From Opitutales bacterium (GTDB lineage: Bacteria > Verrucomicrobiota > Verrucomicrobiia > Opitutales > UBA953), in NCBI GenBank assembly GCA_040398005.1, contig JBBAUX010000010.1:1-64000 (forward strand): a stretch of 64,000 nucleotides of DNA. The letters are read 5' to 3'. Below are positions 40,805 to 50,819 of the stretch, in pieces. Numbering within the stretch: the first letter of the stretch is position 1; each line of letters begins with the position of its first letter. The notes below the pieces were generated by a model. The model saw only the letters and a list, made by a program, of their open reading frames with translations, did not search any database and was not told where the DNA came from. Position numbers and translations under genes: made by a program.

Positions 40805-41818
40805 ATGCGCCCCACCGTATGGATTGCTTTAATCCTTTCTCTGCTTGTCGCTGGATGTTCCACTACGCCCGACAGCGGACTTAATGTAAAATCGTTTAAT
40901 GATCGCGGCGTGATGATGTACGCTGACGTCACCCACGGGAAAGCTCCTTACGCCAAAGACCCAACGGTTATTAAGTTTAAGGGTAAATATTGGATGTATT
41001 ATTCCGTGCCCGAACTGGAAGGCATGCTCGGCTGGAGAATTGGTATAGCGAATAGCGATGACTTAATCGTCTGGAAAAAAGTGGGGATGATTCAACCCGA
41101 GCAAAAAGTAGAGGCTAATGGCTTCTGTGCTCCTGCCGCCATTATTCTTAACGGTAAAATAAATATTTTTTATCAAAGTTACGGAAATAAAAAACTCGAT
41201 GCCATTTGCCACGCCTGGTCCGAGGATGGCATTCATTTTACGCGCAATCCCGCTAACCCGATTTTTCGACCTCATGGCGATTGGACCTGTGGACGAGCGA
41301 TTGACGCCGAAGCCTTCGTTGATGACGATCGCCTCCTTCTCTATTTCGCCTCTCGCGATGTTGACTACAAAATCCAACTCATCGGCGTAGCCGCGGCACC
41401 TCTAAACTCTGATTTATCACCGAGTCAGTGGACGCAACTCGTGAATGCTCCGATTTTAAAGCCTACTTTAGACTGGGAAAAAAACTGTATCGAAGCGGCG
41501 AGTATCATCAAACGTGATAATATCTTTTATATGTTTTACGCAGGAGCTTATAATAATGAGCCGCAACAAATCGGGGTCGCGAAAAGCACCGATGGCGTTC
41601 AATGGGAACGCTTGAGTGATCAGCCTCTTTTAACCAATGGTAGACCGGGTAGTTGGAATTCTAGTGAATCGGGTCATCCAGGAATTTTCCATGATACCGA
41701 CGGACAGGATTATTTATTTTATCAAGGCAACAACGATAAAGGTAAAACCTGGTATCTTTCCTTCGTTAAAATCGGCTGGAAAGACGGCCGTCCGTTTGTC
41801 ATTGAGAGTTCGAAGTAA
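40805..41818 (+). CDS. lipoprotein glycoside hydrolase, five-bladed beta-propeller (GH43/32/130-like)
   Basis: Lipobox LVAG-C after ATG 40805; KDP, CAP, AIDAE, IEA, GHP blade motifs. Confidence 0.8.
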   Translation: MRPTVWIALILSLLVAGCSTTPDSGLNVKSFNDRGVMMYADVTHGKAPYAKDPTVIKFKGKYWMYYSVPELEGMLGWRIGIANSDDLIVWKKVGMIQPEQKVEANGFCAPAAIILNGKINIFYQSYGNKKLDAICHAWSEDGIHFTRNPANPIFRPHGDWTCGRAIDAEAFVDDDRLLLYFASRDVDYKIQLIGVAAAPLNSDLSPSQWTQLVNAPILKPTLDWEKNCIEAASIIKRDNIFYMFYAGAYNNEPQQIGVAKSTDGVQWERLSDQPLLTNGRPGSWNSSESGHPGIFHDTDGQDYLFYQGNNDKGKTWYLSFVKIGWKDGRPFVIESSK

Positions 41819-42689
41819 GCGCGCGATTTAAAACATCGACCAAACGCTTCCGAACTGGCTCAGCCAATTTCGCCAGGTGGCGTTGGGCCGATTCATATTC
41901 TGCCCGGCCCGCTTCGGTTTCGATGCAGATGGGCTCGAGGCCAACCGTCGAAAAATCATACGGCGATGCTCGCATATCGATAGACCGAGCCTCATGAGCC
42001 AGACGATAAGATTCGGTAGCTAAATCAGACGAAACCCAGGGCAATGATTTCATTGTCCATTTATATAAATCCATCGTCACGTGCACACACCCCGGTTGTT
42101 CGTTTTTAATGCGACCCGGTAAATCAGGTTCTGAATGGTTAAGCGGTTTGGCGGTAGGTGTAAAAAAACGGAAGGCATCATAGTGGGTGCAACATACTGG
42201 CATCGAGCGCACGACTTCATCAGTACCCTTCGCACCCAAGCGTAACGGCCATTGAGCATGTCGACGTTGATCTGCCTGTTCATAGACCATCGCCCATTCG
42301 TGCAAACCATAACATCTAAAAAAAGGTGGACGGGTGGTGATGGCTACAGACAAGTCGCGGATGAATGTTAAACGTCGGGCATCACCCTCGTTCATCGGAA
42401 TAACGCGGACTAATCCATCGGCACCTTTTTTAAAATGAGCATCCGTTAGAAGTTCATCACCCTCAGCACAGGCAAAGCCCACGCCAGGCGTCCAGCGACG
42501 CAGGGCACTTAATCTAAAGGGATAGTAGGTATAAAGAAAATCTTCGACCGGGTCCTGCTCACCGCGGGCCGCCCTTTGTTGACGGGCTTTAACTAAGGCA
42601 TCAGCGCGTGCTTCGTGACTCGCCCGTTTTTCTTTCCATTCTTCAGGCGTTAAAATAATTTCTGCTGTAATGGTATTATTCACACTCAC
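41799..42689 (-). CDS. conserved protein of the family often labelled '3-methyladenine DNA glycosylase' (function uncertain)
   Basis: DPVEDFL..YY, C.GLHEWAMVY, CTHYDAFRFF, EQPGC.H..MDLYKW, DMRASPYD. Confidence 0.65.
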   Translation of the reverse strand: MSVNNTITAEIILTPEEWKEKRASHEARADALVKARQQRAARGEQDPVEDFLYTYYPFRLSALRRWTPGVGFACAEGDELLTDAHFKKGADGLVRVIPMNEGDARRLTFIRDLSVAITTRPPFFRCYGLHEWAMVYEQADQRRHAQWPLRLGAKGTDEVVRSMPVCCTHYDAFRFFTPTAKPLNHSEPDLPGRIKNEQPGCVHVTMDLYKWTMKSLPWVSSDLATESYRLAHEARSIDMRASPYDFSTVGLEPICIETEAGRAEYESAQRHLAKLAEPVRKRLVDVLNRALTSNSQ

Positions 42690-43243
42690 TCGAATCGTTT
42701 GTGATGGGCCGAGACTTTAATATATTTTTCGGCCCAACCAGGCAGAGAATTTATTTCGTCGGCCGTTAATGGGCGCTTAACTTTGGCGGGCGAGCCGAGA
42801 ACTAATGAACCGGGAAGAATAAAAGTGTCTTTCGTAACCAACGCACCGGCACCGATAATACAATCGGCACCAATCACAGCGCCGTCTAAAATCGTGGCGT
42901 GCATTCCGATTAAACAACGATCACCAATCGTGCAGGCGTGAATCATGGCCAAGTGTCCGACGGTGACATAACTTCCGATGATAGCGGGAAGATCATCGGC
43001 GACGTGTACCACGGCACCGTCTTGAATGTTCGTACCTTCGCCAATTGAGATCGGAGCGATGTCGCCGCGCAGCACTGCACAGGGCCACACGCTGGCCTTG
43101 GCTGCAATAGTCACGTTACCAATCACCACCGAGCGAGCATGGACGTAGGCCGTGTGGTGAATCATGGGCCCTTTGGCCAAGTTGCGGGTGAGTTCCTCGG
43201 AAAGTTTCTCGTCGGCAGAATCTGAGTTTGAGGAATTTGACAC
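42686..43243 (-). CDS. gamma carbonic anhydrase family (hexapeptide repeat) protein
   Basis: VLRGD, NIQDG.VVH, TVGH.A.IH.C, GSPAK. Confidence 0.9.
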   Translation of the reverse strand: MSNSSNSDSADEKLSEELTRNLAKGPMIHHTAYVHARSVVIGNVTIAAKASVWPCAVLRGDIAPISIGEGTNIQDGAVVHVADDLPAIIGSYVTVGHLAMIHACTIGDRCLIGMHATILDGAVIGADCIIGAGALVTKDTFILPGSLVLGSPAKVKRPLTADEINSLPGWAEKYIKVSAHHKRFE

Positions 43244-43433
43244 CCGAACAAGGTGCCCCGTTGGAGACTTTCAGGGAAGCCCGAACTGCCTAATTTCTAA
43301 AAATTGCCATTTTTCGTCAATTTCGAGGGTTATTTCCCCAAGGCGGCTGGGAAAAAACCCTTAACCCCAAGTTAAAAAATAATTCCCCTTGCCAACCCCA
43401 AGTCTGTTCATTTGCTCCGACCTTCCGACAGCC

Positions 43434-43748
43434 ATGAAGGCCACATTTATCACATCCGGTCGCCAGTTCACAGTGAAGCAAGGCGACATTCTCATCGTTA
43501 ACCAGTATCCTGGTAAAAACGAAGGGGACGTACTCACCTTTGACCAAGTTCTCCTCGTCGGAGAAGGCGCAGCTGCCAAGATCGGCACCCCGACTGTTGC
43601 CGGTGCCAAAGTCACCGCGACTATCCTCGAGAACAAGCGCGGCGATAAGATCGACATCTTTAAACACCGTCGCCGTAAAGGTTACTACCGTCGTCGCGGT
43701 CACCGCCAAGAATTGTCGGTCATCAAAGTCGAAACCATTTCTGCTTAA
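43434..43748 (+). CDS. rplU: 50S ribosomal protein L21
   Basis: SGRQF.V..GD, IGTP.V, GHRQ; start moved to ATG 43434. Confidence 0.95.
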   Translation: MKATFITSGRQFTVKQGDILIVNQYPGKNEGDVLTFDQVLLVGEGAAAKIGTPTVAGAKVTATILENKRGDKIDIFKHRRRKGYYRRRGHRQELSVIKVETISA

Positions 43749-43767
43749 CCCTTAATCAAGTACTACC

Positions 43768-44034
43768 ATGGCAACCAAGAAAGGTGGCGGCACTTCCAGT
43801 AACGGCCGCGATTCACAATCCAAACGTCTCGGCGTTAAACTTTACAGCGGCGAATTCGCTACCGCTGGCTCCATCCTTATCCGTCAACGTGGCACCCAAA
43901 TGCGCGCGGGTCGTAATGTTGGTATGGGTCGCGATCACACGCTCTTCGCTAAAGCCGATGGCTTAGTTAAGTGGGATGCTGAACACCGTCGTGTTGAAGT
44001 GGTTCCTACCGCTGCCAACAGCTGCGCGATCTAA
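43768..44034 (+). CDS. rpmA: 50S ribosomal protein L27
   Basis: [34 protein letters not shown]. Confidence 0.97.
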   Translation: MATKKGGGTSSNGRDSQSKRLGVKLYSGEFATAGSILIRQRGTQMRAGRNVGMGRDHTLFAKADGLVKWDAEHRRVEVVPTAANSCAI

Positions 44035-44054
44035 TTTCGTTTTTAAAACGAATT

Positions 44055-44084
44055 AAAAAAGCCGACTGAACTGTCGGCTTTTTT
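44055..44084. terminator. bidirectional intrinsic terminator
   Basis: AAAAAAGCCGAC-TGAACT-GTCGGCTTTTTT between convergent rpmA and the 44154-44429 ORF. Confidence 0.88.
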
Positions 44085-44153
44085 GTTATACAGAGAATCC
44101 TGCCCGGTCTCGCTGGTTGGCGAAACTCGCAGGGCTCATCTTGCTGTCATCTT

Positions 44154-44429
44154 CTAGTTCTGACGACTGGTTAACTTCTCTAACTGCGAACGGAAAACCG
44201 CCCGCGTGGAATCTGCATAGATCGGATCATGGACCACATAATCGCAGACTTTTTCGAGGGCACGCGATTCATCCACGTTCACGAGATGCATCGAATCTAA
44301 TTCGGTGATTAATAACTTGAGGTGCTCGAACGACAACAACGCTAAATCGAGTTCGGTTGTATCACTGAAACCGTACTCGGGATCGTCAGCTTCCTGAGAC
44401 AGGAGCATAGTATTTTGAGGATGGTGCAT
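44154..44429 (-). CDS. hypothetical small acidic protein
   Basis: 91-aa ATG ORF in otherwise empty space, ending upstream of the bidirectional terminator; no motif recognised. Confidence 0.55.
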   Translation of the reverse strand: MHHPQNTMLLSQEADDPEYGFSDTTELDLALLSFEHLKLLITELDSMHLVNVDESRALEKVCDYVVHDPIYADSTRAVFRSQLEKLTSRQN

Positions 44430-44542
44430 TTGGGGTGCATCTAAAATACTATCCTAAAACCACGTTCTGGAAAGATAATCCGTGTTAAGAAACTATGGAT
44501 ACGGTGTGTCTTTTGCGTGACGAAACTCGTGGGATATAACAC

Positions 44543-45871
44543 CTAAATTCCCGAGTAGCGCGTCGAACGCCAAAACTTCCACGTCATCGCCAAGGCCACT
44601 AAAACAAGACCGAAGGCGAGCGCGATCCATATTCCTGCTGCACCTAAATGACACGGAAACGCCAATAGCAGGGCTAAAGGTAGAGTGATTAACCAATAGA
44701 CAATAAAGACCGCCCAAGAGGCCCAGGCGGCACAATTAATGGAGCGAAGTAAGTAGGCAGCGACAATCTGCACTCCATCAAACGGAGCCCACACGGCAGC
44801 GAAGATCAGTAAAACTGAGGCGAGCGTCGCCGTTTCCGTTCCAGCCACGCCATAAAGTTGGAGCAAGTTAGGACGCAATAAAACCATAGCAAAACCGTAG
44901 AGTGCCATAAAACAACCGCCCATCATAATAGCGCCCCAACCTACAGCATGCGCACGCTTGATATCTTTGGCACCATACGCTTCGCCCGTTCGGATGCCTG
45001 CAGCGATACCTAATCCGAGTGGCAACATGAAGGCAGCGGAGGCGGTGCTGATGGCCACTTGGTGGGCCGCTTGTGCGGTGGGCGAAATCCATCCAGCAAA
45101 AATCGGGACGACCGCAAAAATTCCGACTTCACTTAAGCTGTGTAAACCAGCGGGAAGTCCGGTCTTCAACAAACGCGCGAAAACTTTTTTCTGAAAACCT
45201 TCAGCCCAGTTTACCTCTCCGCGCCCTGGAGTGTACCAAAGGCCAATGAGGCACACCGCACGCGAAACCAAAGTCGCCCAGCCTGCTCCAGCTAATCCTA
45301 AATTGGGAAAACCCCAATTACCATACATCCAAAGCCAATTTAATAAAATATTGAGCAGTAATCCGACCGTTAACCAAACTAAAGAAATCCAAGGTTGGTG
45401 TTGCGTATCACGATGACAGCGCAGGGCATGAAATAATAAACCGGGCACCATCGCCCAAGCCATAATGACATAGAAGTCGTGCGCTTCCTTCGCGACTTCA
45501 GGCGCCGATCCTAAATGATTTAGAAAATAAGCGGATCCATGAGTTAGAACCGCGGCGATCGTGCTGAAAATAAGGGCCAAAGCCATGCCATGTCGGAGAA
45601 TAGCGGGTGCCGACTCTTCAACCCCTGCCCCATTGTCCTGCGATTGATAAACGGAAATCGCTCCGATGAGTCCGATACCAAAAACGTACGGAATGTAATT
45701 GAGATTCGCAGCGAGTGCCGACGCGGCTAAAGCGGTTTCGCCGAGGTGGCCCGCCATCGTGACATCAATCACAAACATCAAACCGTAGCCGAACATTCCC
45801 AGCATAATCGGTACGGCCAGCTTGAGCGTAAGAATAATTTCGTCTCTAATGCGCGCGGCCTTCATCTGCAC
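44543..45871 (-). CDS. MATE family efflux transporter
   Basis: LAVP..LG, D..MAGHLG..ALAA, G..GAGWAT, AAHQVA, GAAGIW; about 12 TM segments. Confidence 0.9.
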   Translation of the reverse strand: MQMKAARIRDEIILTLKLAVPIMLGMFGYGLMFVIDVTMAGHLGETALAASALAANLNYIPYVFGIGLIGAISVYQSQDNGAGVEESAPAILRHGMALALIFSTIAAVLTHGSAYFLNHLGSAPEVAKEAHDFYVIMAWAMVPGLLFHALRCHRDTQHQPWISLVWLTVGLLLNILLNWLWMYGNWGFPNLGLAGAGWATLVSRAVCLIGLWYTPGRGEVNWAEGFQKKVFARLLKTGLPAGLHSLSEVGIFAVVPIFAGWISPTAQAAHQVAISTASAAFMLPLGLGIAAGIRTGEAYGAKDIKRAHAVGWGAIMMGGCFMALYGFAMVLLRPNLLQLYGVAGTETATLASVLLIFAAVWAPFDGVQIVAAYLLRSINCAAWASWAVFIVYWLITLPLALLLAFPCHLGAAGIWIALAFGLVLVALAMTWKFWRSTRYSGI

Positions 45872-45911
45872 CCAGCAGTGGAGGTTTAATCTAAATTAGC
45901 GAGTTTAAGTT

Positions 45912-46982
45912 TTAATCGAGCAAACCCACCACATCTTCGGGCTCAACCCACGCATAAACGGTCGACTTTGAACCGACGCGCTGACGTGGATTAATTTCGG
46001 ATATTTTTAAGACCAATCCTTGAACGGTTGAAAAATCGTGCAGTGAAAAATCGCCCTGAAATAAAGTATCGGTCACACTGCCCTCAAAGGAATTTTCTTC
46101 GGGGGCCATAATATCTAAGTGTAAACATTCGGGACGAATACAAAGCGTGAGCGCCTGGCCGACCGCGGGGGGATGTTCAACATCAGATAAAGCCCCGTGG
46201 AGTTCGCCGAAATCTGTTTGGGCAATAAACTCGCCCGCCGCTTGGTGAATGAGTTTTCCCTTAATTAAATTAGCGGAGCCTAAAAAAGTCGCAATCCAGC
46301 TATTCAGAGGGCGGCGATAAACATCGAGCGGATTACCTGATTGGATGATTTTTCCATCACACATCACGCCCAGTTGATCAGCCATCGCAAAGGCATCTTT
46401 CTGATCATGCAATACACAGACAATGGTTATGGAACGCTCGCGGACTAGTTTACGCAGACGATCACGCAGCTCAATGCGACCCGCGGTATCTAAATTACTA
46501 AAGGGCTCATCGAGTAATAATAACTTAGGGTTGGACATGAGCGCGCGGGCCAGAGCGATGCGTTGTTGCTGACCGCCCGAAAGTTCGTAAGGACGACGGA
46601 GCGCCCAAGATTTGGCGTCGACCGAATGCAACGCTTGGTATGCGCGTTCTTTTACTTCAATCGGCGACAGGCCTGAATCGCTTAAATCCAGAGCTACATT
46701 TTCCCAAACGGTTAAGTGCGGAAACAAGGCGTAGTTTTGAAAAACCATGGCGGTGGCCCGCGACGTCGAAGTTTTTTCTTTTAGGTTTTTACCCTCTAAT
46801 TTTACGGATCCCGTATAGCCCTCAATCAATCCGGCTAGAATTTTTAACAGCGTCGTTTTACCGCTACCCGAGGGACCGACGAGGCAATACAAGGAGGCCG
46901 ATTCTACCTGGAGATTAACCCCGTTTAAAATTGGGTGTGAATCAATTTGGTAATGCAAATCTTGGATATTAATTGCGAACAC
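45912..46982 (-). CDS. ABC transporter ATP-binding subunit (PotA/FbpC-like, with TOBE domain)
   Basis: GPSGSGKTT, VFQNYALFPHL, LSGGQQQR, LLDEPFSNLD, IRPE. Confidence 0.9.
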   Translation of the reverse strand: MFAINIQDLHYQIDSHPILNGVNLQVESASLYCLVGPSGSGKTTLLKILAGLIEGYTGSVKLEGKNLKEKTSTSRATAMVFQNYALFPHLTVWENVALDLSDSGLSPIEVKERAYQALHSVDAKSWALRRPYELSGGQQQRIALARALMSNPKLLLLDEPFSNLDTAGRIELRDRLRKLVRERSITIVCVLHDQKDAFAMADQLGVMCDGKIIQSGNPLDVYRRPLNSWIATFLGSANLIKGKLIHQAAGEFIAQTDFGELHGALSDVEHPPAVGQALTLCIRPECLHLDIMAPEENSFEGSVTDTLFQGDFSLHDFSTVQGLVLKISEINPRQRVGSKSTVYAWVEPEDVVGLLD

Positions 46983-47055
46983 GAATGAAATTTAACCTTT
47001 CTGATAAAGAGGTGCAAGGATGGGTCGCTCACAATTTTAATAAATTAGCCGAGCG

Positions 47056-47703
47056 ATGCTTGCCACCGCCCGTCTTTTCCCCAAGGTTATGGGTCCTATG
47101 GCTAACGACGACGAAGAAGAAGAGAAAACCCCTGAGGCACCTAAAGAGGCTGCACCGAGCGCCCTGCTCATCCAGAAAAAATTTCTCGAACAACGTAAGC
47201 TCTTCCTCTGGGGCGCCGTCGATGATGCTTCGGCGAAAGACATCGTAGAAAAACTCCTGTATCTCGAAACTTCTGATCCCGGAAAAGAGATCACTTTTTA
47301 TATCAATACTCCCGGTGGTTCAATTACGGCAGGCATGGCGGTCTACGATACCATCCGCTTAATTACCTCACCCGTTAAAGTAGTCGTCACCGGTATGGCT
47401 GCGTCCATGGGATCTATCTTACTGCAAGCGCCGAAACAAAAAGGGGGGCGCCTCGTCTTCCCTCACGCTCGGGTGATGATTCACCAACCACTCATCATGG
47501 GTCGCATTCAAGCCCCTGCCGTCGATATTCATATTCAAGCCCTCGAGATGGAACGTCTGCGCGCTGAGCTGAATGAAATTCTCGCGAAGGCCTCAGGACA
47601 AAAACTCGAGAAAGTGGTTAAAGATACTGATCGAGATTTTTACATGACCGCCGAAGAAGCCATTGAATATGGTTTGGCAGATGCGATAGTTAAAAAACTC
47701 TAA
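47056..47703 (+). CDS. clpP: ATP-dependent Clp protease proteolytic subunit
   Basis: INTPGGS, GMAASMG, MIHQP, DTDRDFYM.AEEA.EYG; start may be ATG 47089 or 47098. Confidence 0.94.
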   Translation: MLATARLFPKVMGPMANDDEEEEKTPEAPKEAAPSALLIQKKFLEQRKLFLWGAVDDASAKDIVEKLLYLETSDPGKEITFYINTPGGSITAGMAVYDTIRLITSPVKVVVTGMAASMGSILLQAPKQKGGRLVFPHARVMIHQPLIMGRIQAPAVDIHIQALEMERLRAELNEILAKASGQKLEKVVKDTDRDFYMTAEEAIEYGLADAIVKKL

Positions 47704-47714
47704 TCGACAGATAA

Positions 47715-48608
47715 ATGGGCATCGGCGATCGAGCCTATATGCGAAATACGATTCCCTTTCGCTCAGGGATATCGGCCAGCGCTATCGTGCTGTGTTTGAT
47801 TGTTGGATTCTATCTGGTTAATCTCGTCCAAGACTCGACGCGCATCGACTTAACCACTTGGGCAACCCTGCCTGAAGTTAATTCCGCCCCCTGGCAGTGG
47901 CTGACCTACGCCTTTATTCATTATAGTTTTTGGCACCTCTTGGGCAATGCACTGGGCCTTTGGTGGCTGGGAAAAGTTGTCGAAGATCACTACGGCGAAA
48001 AAGTATTTTACCTAACACTCAGCGGCGGAATTATTCTAGGGGCATTTTGCTGGTGGCTGACGGGCGTGAGTGGAGGGCGTTCAGAAAATCGTATCTTAAT
48101 AGGAATCTCCGGCGGCGTCTATGCACTCATGGTCGTGGCCCTACTGGATCGACTAGACCAAGTCATCACCTTGCTTCTTTTCTTTTTTATTCCGGTAAAT
48201 ATTAAAGCACGCTGGCTTCTGGCTATTCTCTTAGTCATCACGCTTTTAGGTTGGGGCTTTGCCGAATTACCTAGTCGACATACCTGGACAAGTTGGAAAC
48301 CCGCACTCGATTGGGCGATGGGCACGAGCCTCGCTCATTCCGCTCACCTCGGGGGATTTTTGTTTGGGTGGCTGATGTGGAAATATCAAAATCAAACAAA
48401 TCTGTCAGGTAGTGGCGCTCTATCTACAATGGGCACCCCTTTCGACGATGATCATTCAACAACTCTTCAGCCGAAAAATAGCCAAAAAATCAGCCAAGTC
48501 CGTGCGGAATTAGACGCCCTACTCGATAAAATTTCCGTCAAGGGTTTCGGCTCGCTCACGGAGTCCGAAAAACGCAGACTCGCCGAACTCAGCGATCAAT
48601 TGAAATAA
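47715..48608 (+). CDS. rhomboid family intramembrane serine protease
   Basis: WQWLTY.F.H, HL.GN, GISG (Ser), AHLGG (His); C-terminal LD.LLDKI...G..SL...EK domain. Confidence 0.9.
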   Translation: MGIGDRAYMRNTIPFRSGISASAIVLCLIVGFYLVNLVQDSTRIDLTTWATLPEVNSAPWQWLTYAFIHYSFWHLLGNALGLWWLGKVVEDHYGEKVFYLTLSGGIILGAFCWWLTGVSGGRSENRILIGISGGVYALMVVALLDRLDQVITLLLFFFIPVNIKARWLLAILLVITLLGWGFAELPSRHTWTSWKPALDWAMGTSLAHSAHLGGFLFGWLMWKYQNQTNLSGSGALSTMGTPFDDDHSTTLQPKNSQKISQVRAELDALLDKISVKGFGSLTESEKRRLAELSDQLK

Positions 48609-48614
48609 AATTCC

Positions 48615-50819
48615 ATGACCCTTCGCAACTTCCTACTTTTTCTTTTCGCTTTTCAATTAAGTTACGGTGAAACAGAGAAATTCACGACGACCGAGTTAAT
48701 GCAAAATGAAACACGGGCCACCGTCGCATTACTCGAGCGCCTCCATATCAGCAAAAAGCAGATGCCGGAAGTGGACACGAAAGAAGTGATCATTACCTAC
48801 TGCGAAAATTTAGACCCTGCGAAAATGTACTTCATTCAACCGGAAGTGGATGAATTTGTGAATCGTTACGGACGGAGCTTAGACTTGTATTTAACTCGCG
48901 GAAATCTCACCCCTGCTTTCGAAATCTATCAAGCATTCCGCAAACATGTTCAAGAACGCACGGCGAGTTCTATCCAATCTTTAGATCAAAAAATTGATTT
49001 AACTCAAGCGGGCTTCTTTCCTACTGACCGAAAGAAAGGCAACTGGCCGAGCGATAGTAAAGAAGCCGATGATTTATGGAGTCGCCGTTTAAGGTTGGAT
49101 ATTTTGGGTGAACTATTGGGCGATGACCGCACGGCCAATAACAACCGCAATGGGCCTAAACAAAAGCCCACCCACGAAACTAAGGCGCCCGAAATCACTC
49201 CCGAAAAAATCAAAGAAGCGGTCACCCGTTTAAAAAAGCGTTACGAAAAAATTAAAGTCTATTTAAATTTTGACCCCCAAGAAGTCGAGGAGCTGTTCCT
49301 CAATTCCTATTCTACCCAATACGATCCACACTCTATTTTCTTCTCTCAACAATCCCTTGAAGAGTTTGAAATCGGTATGCGTAATTCGCTCTGCGGAATC
49401 GGCGCCACGCTTAGCGACGAAGAAGGCTATTGTACGATCAAAGAAATCTTACCCGGTGGCCCTCTCTTTCTTTCCGACAAAGCTAAATCGGGAGATAAAA
49501 TTATTGCCGTCGGCCAAGGTAAAGACGGTGAGATGGATGATATCGTGGGGCTACGCCTCCAGAAAACGATTAATCGAATTCGCGGAAAACAAAATACTGT
49601 CGTTAGACTTTTAGTAGAATCAGGCGATGGCAGCGGTCGTAAAACTATCAGCATCGTGCGTGATCAAATTAAGTTATTCAATCAAATGGCCTCAGCTCGT
49701 TGCTTCGAAGGCCGAAATGGAAATCTCGGTGTCGTCGAACTGCCCGCCTTCTACGGAAAAAATCCTGATGGAACTGGCTCGAGTCCAACCAAGGATGTTG
49801 AGCAACTGATTGTTAAACTCAAAACCATGGGAATCCGGGCGCTGATTGTCGATTTACGTAAAAATGGCGGTGGCCTGCTCAATGAAGCCGTCGATTTATC
49901 CGGACTGTTTATTCCAACAGGCTCAATTTTGCAAGTGCGCGACAGCCAGGGACGCATTGATAATTACCGGGATGAGAATGCTAAAGTCGCTTGGGATGGA
50001 CCACTCATCGTTCTCACTTCAAAACTTTCCGCTTCAGCCTCGGAGATTTTCGCAGGTGCGCTGAAAGACCACCGCCGCGCCTTAGTCGTAGGTGATAACA
50101 CGACGCACGGCAAAGGATCAGTCCAAAACATCATTGAACTCAACCGCGTGTTTAAAGAGTTAGATATTAAATCAGCGCTTAAAGTGACCATCCAAAAATG
50201 GTACGCGCCCAGCGGTTCATCGATTCAACTCAAAGGCGTCCCAGCTGATATCATTGTACCTTCCGTATTCTCCGTTCTACCCGTAGCCGAGTCAGACTTA
50301 GACCATCCCCTGCCTTGGGATTCTATTCCGGCTTCACTGACCAAGCCTGATGAAGGTCCGTGGTTAAAGGCGCCGCTCTCCGATAATTTAGTTAATATTC
50401 TCAAAGAAGCATCCGCCAAACGCCAAGCTGAGCTTCCTGAATTTTCTACGCTCAATCACTCTATCGAATGGACGCGCAGTCGCACCAATCGCAAAGAGGT
50501 CTCCATCTCACTCGAACAACGTCGCCAAGAACGCACCGATGATCTCACCTTCCGCGAGCAAGTTCGTAATGAACTCAACCAATTCTCCAAAAATTCGTTC
50601 AAGGCAACGGATGTAAAATTAGATGCGGCGCTAGAACAGGAAAAGAAGGAAGGCGCTGAATACACGAATAAATCTAAGCACCAGTCGCGCATCCGCGAGC
50701 CACTCGAAGATGAGGATTGGCCCGACTACGATATTCAATTGCAAGAAGCCGTCCGCATCGCCGACGACTGGAGCAAGTTAGTAGCTGATAAAACTTCTGC
50801 TACTGCACCTACTCGTTAA
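48615..50819 (+). CDS. prc: carboxy-terminal processing protease (Prc/Tsp, S41A) with PDZ domain
   Basis: Signal peptide, YDPHS, GIGA PDZ, DLRKNGGGLL, SASASEIFA, GKGSVQ. Confidence 0.9.
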   Translation: MTLRNFLLFLFAFQLSYGETEKFTTTELMQNETRATVALLERLHISKKQMPEVDTKEVIITYCENLDPAKMYFIQPEVDEFVNRYGRSLDLYLTRGNLTPAFEIYQAFRKHVQERTASSIQSLDQKIDLTQAGFFPTDRKKGNWPSDSKEADDLWSRRLRLDILGELLGDDRTANNNRNGPKQKPTHETKAPEITPEKIKEAVTRLKKRYEKIKVYLNFDPQEVEELFLNSYSTQYDPHSIFFSQQSLEEFEIGMRNSLCGIGATLSDEEGYCTIKEILPGGPLFLSDKAKSGDKIIAVGQGKDGEMDDIVGLRLQKTINRIRGKQNTVVRLLVESGDGSGRKTISIVRDQIKLFNQMASARCFEGRNGNLGVVELPAFYGKNPDGTGSSPTKDVEQLIVKLKTMGIRALIVDLRKNGGGLLNEAVDLSGLFIPTGSILQVRDSQGRIDNYRDENAKVAWDGPLIVLTSKLSASASEIFAGALKDHRRALVVGDNTTHGKGSVQNIIELNRVFKELDIKSALKVTIQKWYAPSGSSIQLKGVPADIIVPSVFSVLPVAESDLDHPLPWDSIPASLTKPDEGPWLKAPLSDNLVNILKEASAKRQAELPEFSTLNHSIEWTRSRTNRKEVSISLEQRRQERTDDLTFREQVRNELNQFSKNSFKATDVKLDAALEQEKKEGAEYTNKSKHQSRIREPLEDEDWPDYDIQLQEAVRIADDWSKLVADKTSATAPTR

